From: Candidatus Hodarchaeota archaeon
GTDB lineage: Archaea; Asgardarchaeota; Heimdallarchaeia; Hodarchaeales; Hodarchaeaceae
Direction: 5' to 3'
Assembly: GCA_029856365.1 (NCBI GenBank)
Contig: JAHQWW010000065.1
Span: forward strand, 1-21,172
Length of the DNA: 21,172 nt
In this document: positions 15,703-21,172 of the stretch, piece by piece
Layout of the letters: each line of letters begins with the position of its first letter
How positions within the stretch are numbered: position 1 is the stretch's first letter
The notes under the pieces: generated by a model
What the model was told of the DNA's origin: nothing
Database searches by the model: none
The model's input: the letters and a program-made list of their open reading frames with translations, nothing else
Made by a program: the position numbers and the translations under genes

Positions 15703-17106
15703 ATGAAGATTTCTAAATATTTATTTCGAAACTATGATATCCGTGGGAAATTTCCTAAACACTTCTCTTCAGAAACAGTTTTAAATATAGGTCGGGCCTT
15801 TGGAACTTTTTTCGGTTCAGGTAAAGCTATTGTTATTGGAGGTGATGTCCGTATTTCAACCCCAATTATTAAATCAGCTTTATCTACTGGTCTGATGGAA
15901 ACAGGATGCAATATACAAGATGTGGGAGTTTGTACAACTCCAACCATTTATTTTCTTGCTGTCAGAAATCCAGAAATAGATGGTGGAATAATGGTGACAG
16001 CTAGTCATAATCCGATTGATTATAATGGAATTAAAGTATGCGATGGGAAGGGAGTCGCATTTCATTTCAATAATTTTTTTTCACACATAAAACAGATGTT
16101 AGAGCAAAATACTATTGTCACTGTTAAGAATACAGAATATGGTCATCCTGCTTTTCTACAAGATATTAATACATCCCAATACTGGCAATTTCAGAAAGAA
16201 CTTTTTAAGCCAAAGACATCGTTGAATTTAGCTATTGAAATCGGAAATGGAACCTGTTATCCAATCATTGAATTATTACAGTCAAAAAAAATGAATGTTC
16301 AAGCATTCCACTCTGAACCAAATGGTCATTTTCCAATAATGATTCCTGATCCCACAAAACCAGCAAGCTTGAAATTTGTACAAGATGCTGTGATACGGGA
16401 TAAACTTGATATAGGGATCGGTTTTGATGCTGATGGTGATAGAGTTGGTTTTGTGGACGATCAAGGGCTAATTATCAGTCCTGACCAAGTAATAATGATA
16501 TTTGGAGAGCAATTATTACAAAAATACCCGAAAGCTGAGATTATGGTGGATATTAAAACCTCAAGAGCTACTTTTGAATATCTTTCTGAATATGGTGCAA
16601 AAGTGAAATTTACAAGGGTCGGCCATTCATGGATTCATGAAGCTCTTTTAAAGAGTGGAGCTGTTTTTGCAGGTGAATTGAGTGGTCATTATTACTTTGG
16701 GGCAGATTACTATGGATTTGATGATGCAATATATTCTGCCTTAAGGATGTTGGAAATAATCTCAAATCAAGAACAAGCTCTCTCCACACTAGTTCAGAAC
16801 CTTCCTCGCTATCCTGTTACAGAAGAGCTTCGAATACCTTGTTCTGAAGCAATAAAATCAGAAGTTGTTTCGAATCTCAAAGACTTATTGCAAGAGGAGG
16901 CATTAGAATCTATTACTATAGACGGAATCAGAGCAGAATTTGAAGATGGTTGGGTATTAGTTCGAAAAAGTGGAACTGAACCAGTAATTTCTATTCGAGC
17001 TGAAGCTACAACATTTCAACGAATGCAGTTCTACAAAGAATATGTTAGAAAATTAGTTGTTGATGAAATTGAGGAAGTAACCAAAAAAACAAAAGATCCT
17101 ATTTGA
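15703..17106 (+). CDS. Phosphomannomutase/phosphoglucomutase (alpha-D-phosphohexomutase)
   Basis: FRNYDIRG, catalytic TASHNP, metal loop FDADGDR, sugar loop GELSGH and VRKSGTEP. Confidence 0.95.
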   Translation: MKISKYLFRNYDIRGKFPKHFSSETVLNIGRAFGTFFGSGKAIVIGGDVRISTPIIKSALSTGLMETGCNIQDVGVCTTPTIYFLAVRNPEIDGGIMVTASHNPIDYNGIKVCDGKGVAFHFNNFFSHIKQMLEQNTIVTVKNTEYGHPAFLQDINTSQYWQFQKELFKPKTSLNLAIEIGNGTCYPIIELLQSKKMNVQAFHSEPNGHFPIMIPDPTKPASLKFVQDAVIRDKLDIGIGFDADGDRVGFVDDQGLIISPDQVIMIFGEQLLQKYPKAEIMVDIKTSRATFEYLSEYGAKVKFTRVGHSWIHEALLKSGAVFAGELSGHYYFGADYYGFDDAIYSALRMLEIISNQEQALSTLVQNLPRYPVTEELRIPCSEAIKSEVVSNLKDLLQEEALESITIDGIRAEFEDGWVLVRKSGTEPVISIRAEATTFQRMQFYKEYVRKLVVDEIEEVTKKTKDPI

Positions 17107-17159
17107 TATAGTTCGTACAAACTTGAATGATTGTGTTTTGAATAAAAGAGGAGATAAAC

Positions 17160-17351
17160 ATGGATGATCGCGTAATTGGGGCAGCTCTGATCATTATAGG
17201 ATTAGTATTAGTAACTCTTTTTGGGGGTACAATGAGCACTATTTCTGAGGTAATCTTCTATATTAGTGGATTCTTAATCGCTTTTGCAGGATTAGGTGTC
17301 TTCGTTGTATATTATCGGAAATCTTCTGCAACAAATGAAGTAGAAAACTGA
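17160..17351 (+). CDS. Small two-TM membrane protein (63 aa)
   Basis: GAGGAG SD 5 nt before the ATG. Two hydrophobic helices followed by a basic YYRK. Fills the gap between PMM and the helicase. Confidence 0.75.
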   Translation: MDDRVIGAALIIIGLVLVTLFGGTMSTISEVIFYISGFLIAFAGLGVFVVYYRKSSATNEVEN

Positions 17352-17365
17352 ATTTTAACCATTAT

Positions 17366-19927
17366 TTAACTTGATAAAGGAGTCTCGATTTTATTAATTA
17401 ATATAGAAATCATTTTTTCAAGTTTGGGGTTTCTCGTGGCTTTTACAATTCGCTGAATGCCTTCAAGTTCATGGACTAGTCCATTTAAGAAGGATAGAAT
17501 GTCCCCAGGATAGATTAAGAGTTCAAAACGGGTAATACTAGCTGAAATTTGATTGATATTCTTACCACGAAGTCTTTCATTAACAATTTCTCTCCCAATT
17601 TTCTCCACTCCATGATGACAATAAGGATTTTCTGTACATTTACAGTTAAAAAAATGTTGGGTCCATTTTGAAAAAACGTTTAAACACCATTTATTAACTT
17701 CAATTTTTTCTTTACCTTTTAAGGAAGCACTCATAACATCTAGAACAGGACTATCTATCAATCTAGTGGAAAATCTCATGTGATACTTCTGTTCAAGGTA
17801 TCGATGAAGTTTCTTTGACAGGTAAACGTTTTGAGGCGGCATCATCTCGAGAGCAATAGATAGAAAGTGCTTTTTACTCCTAAGAAGTGATAAAATTGAC
17901 AATGCTTTAGCTGGAGAGAAAAACGACAGAACTGCTGCTCGACCTAAAGGAGTTAATTCCAAAGATCTTCTCTGTGGTGTTTCAACAATTCCAAGTAAGG
18001 AACTCTTGATAAGCTTGTTTGCGCTTAACATAAAGTCAAAACTAGTGGTTCCTATCATTCTTTGGTAGATCTCATTAGCCCTTCTTGGTGATATATGCTT
18101 TTTTGAAGAACAAATAGACAGTATTTGTTCACCACAAGAATCAGCATCATAATTTGGTTCTATTGGCAGCAAATCGGCATTAAGAAGTTCAAAAGCAATC
18201 TCAACTTCTGATCTAGGATCTAAAGAAGAGATTGATTCTCCCAAACATAGAAGAACAACTCGCCCACGATCATGTTTTCCCAATCTACCAGCTCTCCCTG
18301 CCATTTGGGTGAAATTATTTGGTTCTAGAACAGTATTACCCATCATTAAAGATTCAAAAATAACTTGTGACGCCGGAAAGTCAACACCAGCCCCCAATGC
18401 AAATGTACTTATTACAATTGAGCATTTTCCGGTAGAAAATTTCATTTCAATTCGTTTTCTTAAAGCATAAGAAAGTCCTGAATGATAGGCATGAACGTCA
18501 TGAACACCTGCATGACGTAAGGACTCTGCAATTTCTGTTGTTTTCCTCCGTGAGTTAGTAAAGACAATTGTTTGACCTCGATAGCCACAACTCGAAGTCA
18601 GTTGGAATTCTTTTTGTGTTAATTTGAGAATCTGGCGTAATTTTTCATGTTCACTTCGTGAGAGGAGCAAATGTTTCTCTAATGGAATAGGTCTTTGATC
18701 AAAGGTTACTAAAGTTAAGAGAAGATCATTTGCAAACTGTATTGGATTTCCAATCGTTGCTGAGAGCGCTATTACTTGAGCTTTTTGTGCATAAACCCTA
18801 ATTTTTGCTAACAGACAATCTAAAGTCGGCCCTCGATCAGAATCAGCTATTGTTTGCACTTCATCAATGACAATACAGCCAATTTTGTCAAAATCAACTT
18901 GGCCCGCTCTGATCAAAAGATCTAACCCTTCATATGTAGCTACAATAATATCGGAATCTTTAATGGAATATCTAACGCGATAGAAAGCTCTTTTTTCCGC
19001 TTGTGAGTTGAAGATTCTTGAACGACCAGTTCGCAACCCAACTTTAAATTTGGCTCCGTAAAACTTCTTAAAATCTTCGAATTTAGTGTTAGCTAGAGCA
19101 ACTAGAGGAACGGTAAAAATAAATTTCCTGTTTTTCAACACATGAGATATTCCTGCTATTTCACCAATAAGTGTTTTACCTGCACTCGTATTAGCAATGA
19201 TTAATTGGTTATTATTCTTTAACAATCCCTTTTGAAGTGCTTGAACTTGAATGGGAAGAAATACCTCTATTCCACGAGATTGTAAGGAATTCAAAAGAAA
19301 TTTCGGAATTGAGAACTCTGTGACGTCTCGGATTAAGGATTGTAATAAGGCTTCAGGAGCTTTTTTAATTTTCTGAACGAGAGTAAAATCTCCAATAGAG
19401 GCTTGGTCTCCAGTAAAAACAGCTGAAACTTTTTGAATGTCGTGTAATTTTTCTAAAAGAGATAATGTATACTTTTTAAAACCTGGATTTGTGAAAAGAT
19501 TGATTTTTTTATTCTTAAGCTCATTTTCCAGTTCGAGAATTGCACATGATTTGCAAACCTCACGATCAAAAACGAAATAATTATTTGTTGGTGGAAGAAG
19601 TGTTACAATATCACGTATTAAACAAAATGGACAGAGCTCTCTTTCCTCAAGAGAGGTTTTGATATTGAAATCTTTGCAAAATCCCTTTATCCCTTCTTTT
19701 TCGTTGGGTAAGAGCCTTTTACTTAATAAGATATACCTTGATTTTATTAGAATCTCCTGAATCATTTTTTTGGGAGGATAAGGCTTCCATTTACCTTGTT
19801 CTTCCCAAAATATCCTCCATGGTCGCCACAAATTTCCCTGTTTGAAACGATATTCGATTTTTCCTCGAAAAGTAGCCTTTCTTTGTGTCATTCTTCCCTT
19901 AGAGAAACAAAGTATGTATAATGTCAT
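17366..19927 (-). CDS. Archaea-specific Ski2-like SF2 DExH/D helicase (COG1202 / ASH-Ski2 type)
   Basis: Q-motif FLPIQ, motif I ANTSAGKT, VPLVALAN, ATYEGLD, DEVQ, LSAT, YHSGL, GAGVDFPASQVIFESL and QMAGRAGR. N-terminal CPFC...CKSC and C-terminal CKCTENPYCHHG Cys clusters. I prefer ATG 19927 to TTG 19990. Confidence 0.9.
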   Translation of the reverse strand: MTLYILCFSKGRMTQRKATFRGKIEYRFKQGNLWRPWRIFWEEQGKWKPYPPKKMIQEILIKSRYILLSKRLLPNEKEGIKGFCKDFNIKTSLEERELCPFCLIRDIVTLLPPTNNYFVFDREVCKSCAILELENELKNKKINLFTNPGFKKYTLSLLEKLHDIQKVSAVFTGDQASIGDFTLVQKIKKAPEALLQSLIRDVTEFSIPKFLLNSLQSRGIEVFLPIQVQALQKGLLKNNNQLIIANTSAGKTLIGEIAGISHVLKNRKFIFTVPLVALANTKFEDFKKFYGAKFKVGLRTGRSRIFNSQAEKRAFYRVRYSIKDSDIIVATYEGLDLLIRAGQVDFDKIGCIVIDEVQTIADSDRGPTLDCLLAKIRVYAQKAQVIALSATIGNPIQFANDLLLTLVTFDQRPIPLEKHLLLSRSEHEKLRQILKLTQKEFQLTSSCGYRGQTIVFTNSRRKTTEIAESLRHAGVHDVHAYHSGLSYALRKRIEMKFSTGKCSIVISTFALGAGVDFPASQVIFESLMMGNTVLEPNNFTQMAGRAGRLGKHDRGRVVLLCLGESISSLDPRSEVEIAFELLNADLLPIEPNYDADSCGEQILSICSSKKHISPRRANEIYQRMIGTTSFDFMLSANKLIKSSLLGIVETPQRRSLELTPLGRAAVLSFFSPAKALSILSLLRSKKHFLSIALEMMPPQNVYLSKKLHRYLEQKYHMRFSTRLIDSPVLDVMSASLKGKEKIEVNKWCLNVFSKWTQHFFNCKCTENPYCHHGVEKIGREIVNERLRGKNINQISASITRFELLIYPGDILSFLNGLVHELEGIQRIVKATRNPKLEKMISILINKIETPLSS

Positions 19928-20085
19928 CTCTTGCTTGGTTGGAAGGAATAATGTAGTATATACGGATTGAAATGAAAGCAAAGGAATCAACGATTTTGTT
20001 TTCTACCCAACAAATGAAAGATAGGCAATGAAAAAACTTTTTTTATGAGGCAAATAAAAAAGCAAAGTGTTAAAATAAAAGAGTC

Positions 20086-20097
20086 TATATATATATA
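20086..20097. promoter_or_regulatory. (TA)6 run, probable TATA box of the zinc-ribbon/coiled-coil gene pair
   Basis: TATATATATATA is preceded by an A-rich BRE-like tract and lies 17-28 nt before ATG 20114. It is self-complementary and sits in a divergent intergenic region. Confidence 0.5.
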
Positions 20098-20131
20098 ATT
20101 CCAGAAACTCAAAATGAAAAGAGGAATCAAC

Positions 20132-20605
20132 ATGCCTACCTGTCAAAAATGTGGTGCTTATTATAGTGAGATATCTTGTCCATTTTGTACTCCAGATGAT
20201 TCACCTGAGTCACCTGTAACAACAATAAAAGCAGAAGAGAGTAGATCTGTCCGAATAATTGATCCTCTAGAATTGATTGAATCTATAGATGATGTTGAAG
20301 GTCAGATAAATAAACTCCAAGAAGAAAAAGAGCTTGAAATTCAAAACTTAACTGAAGATTTAGCAAAACAGGAAGAAATAGAAAAAAAAGCAAAGATTGA
20401 ATTAGATGAATTAAATTCTCAGGTCAATGAACTAGAGTCGTCCCTAAAAGATCAGCAAGAAAGAAGACAACAACTTATTCAGGAGAAGGAAAAAATGGAA
20501 CAAGAGATAGAAGACTTAAAAACAAAGTTTTCGGGGTTGAAAGCTGAAGTTTCAGCAAGAGAGGCTGAAACTTCCAAGTTAAAAGAAGAATTGGGAGTGC
20601 TGTGA
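20132..20605 (+). CDS. Zinc-ribbon (Cx2C-x8-Cx2C) plus coiled-coil protein, paralog 1
   Basis: MPTCQKCGAYYSEISCPFCTP, a Pro/acidic linker, then ~110 aa of heptad-rich E/K/Q/L sequence. Start 20132 chosen from the GAGGA SD and alignment with paralog 2; the alternative is 20114. Confidence 0.85.
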   Translation: MPTCQKCGAYYSEISCPFCTPDDSPESPVTTIKAEESRSVRIIDPLELIESIDDVEGQINKLQEEKELEIQNLTEDLAKQEEIEKKAKIELDELNSQVNELESSLKDQQERRQQLIQEKEKMEQEIEDLKTKFSGLKAEVSAREAETSKLKEELGVL

Positions 20606-20607
20606 AG

Positions 20608-21172
20608 ATGCCGAAATGTTCTCGTTGTGGATCTTACTTTATTCGTGCCCCTTGTCCAGTTTGTTCACCTCCGGGTGTAGAACAGTTAGTGGAGGACTCT
20701 CCAGTAGTTAAAGGGAAGTCTGTAGATGAACTCCAAGGTGATTTGAAACAGTTACAGGAAACATTGAAAAAAAAGGAATTAGAGTATGATACGCGTATTG
20801 AAGAATTAAAATCACGTTTAGATGCAATTAATAACCAAATTTCTGATTTAGAATTCTCTAAAGTGTCATCGGTAGAGAAAAAGCGATCTTTGGACAAAGA
20901 AATCTCAGGTTTTACAGATGAACTAAACTCAATCAGAGTTTCAACAGAAGAACTTGAAAGAGAAAAACAAGCCCTGTTAAACAACATTCAGAAAGCTGAA
21001 GATGAAAAACAAAATTTAGATTCAGAGATTTCTGTTTTAAAAGAGAGAATTGATCATCAGCAGCGTGAGGAGCAGGAGCGTCGGCAGCGTGAGGAACAGG
21101 AGCGTCGGCAGCGTGAGGAACAGGAGCGTCGGCAGCGTGAGGAACAGGAGCGTCGGCAGCGTGAGGAACAGG
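20608..21172 (+). CDS. Zinc-ribbon plus coiled-coil protein with QREEQERR repeats, paralog 2, 3'-truncated
   Basis: Not in the ORF track; translated by hand. ATG lies 2 nt after the previous TGA, giving MPKCSRCGSYFIRAPCPVCSPP...KERIDHQ(QREEQERR)n. Open for 188 codons to the window end. Confidence 0.88.
   Translation, partial: MPKCSRCGSYFIRAPCPVCSPPGVEQLVEDSPVVKGKSVDELQGDLKQLQETLKKKELEYDTRIEELKSRLDAINNQISDLEFSKVSSVEKKRSLDKEISGFTDELNSIRVSTEELEREKQALLNNIQKAEDEKQNLDSEISVLKERIDHQQREEQERRQREEQERRQREEQERRQREEQERRQREEQ
21061..21172 (+). repeat. 24-nt coding tandem repeat, >=4.7 copies
   Basis: Unit CAGCGTGAGGAACAGGAGCGTCGG at 21061 (one A>G), 21085, 21109, 21133 and a partial copy at 21157. No spacers. 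In frame as QREEQERR. Confidence 0.97.

Noticed and set aside
15703-17106. Calling the phosphohexomutase GlmM
   Set aside because: The FRNYDIRG start and GELSGH loop fit PMM/PGM (AlgC/ManB-like) at least as well. Substrate cannot be fixed by eye, so no symbol is given.
318-20987. Short ORF-track entries (318..527, 1661..1855, 2940..3131, 4974..5207, 4996..5217, 6811..7011, 7327..7512, 11042..11248, 11942..12163, 13498..13719, 15732..15947, 15880..16065, 16282..16464, 20634..20987)
   Set aside because: All lie wholly or mostly antisense to longer, well-supported genes and show no motifs. Treated as shadow ORFs.
21061-21172. 24-nt repeats as a CRISPR array
   Set aside because: The units are directly adjacent with no spacers, are in frame within a CDS, and no cas genes are present.

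Overview
AT-rich archaeal chromosomal window, about 35% GC by eye. Archaeal origin is shown by EgsA (G1P dehydrogenase), a geranylgeranyl-reductase-family flavoprotein, a class III (pilin/archaellin) signal peptide and an ASH-Ski2/COG1202-type helicase. An Asgard (Heimdallarchaeia-like) host is my impression only and is not demonstrated. I call 15 CDSs. Two of them run off the window edges and are absent from the ORF track: <1..540 on the minus strand and 20608..>21172 on the plus strand. Housekeeping and envelope genes are GGR, a PLP aminotransferase, argS, a UPF0104 flippase-like protein, egsA, rnhB, PMM/PGM and the helicase. The unusual elements are: (i) a 1025-aa giant type IV pilin-like protein with an Ig-like stalk, a distinct tip domain and a Cys-Gly7-tail ending; (ii) an orphan BshC-like ligase with an inserted Cys4 zinc ribbon; (iii) an egsA that appears to start at a non-canonical ATA codon, in frame with the upstream gene's stop; (iv) a tandem pair of paralogous zinc-ribbon/coiled-coil proteins, the second running into a 24-nt (QREEQERR) tandem repeat; (v) a cytoplasmic helical-repeat + Ig-like + helical-bundle protein. 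I saw no rRNA, tRNA, CRISPR array or mobile element. All family calls come from motif recognition by eye, with no database searches.
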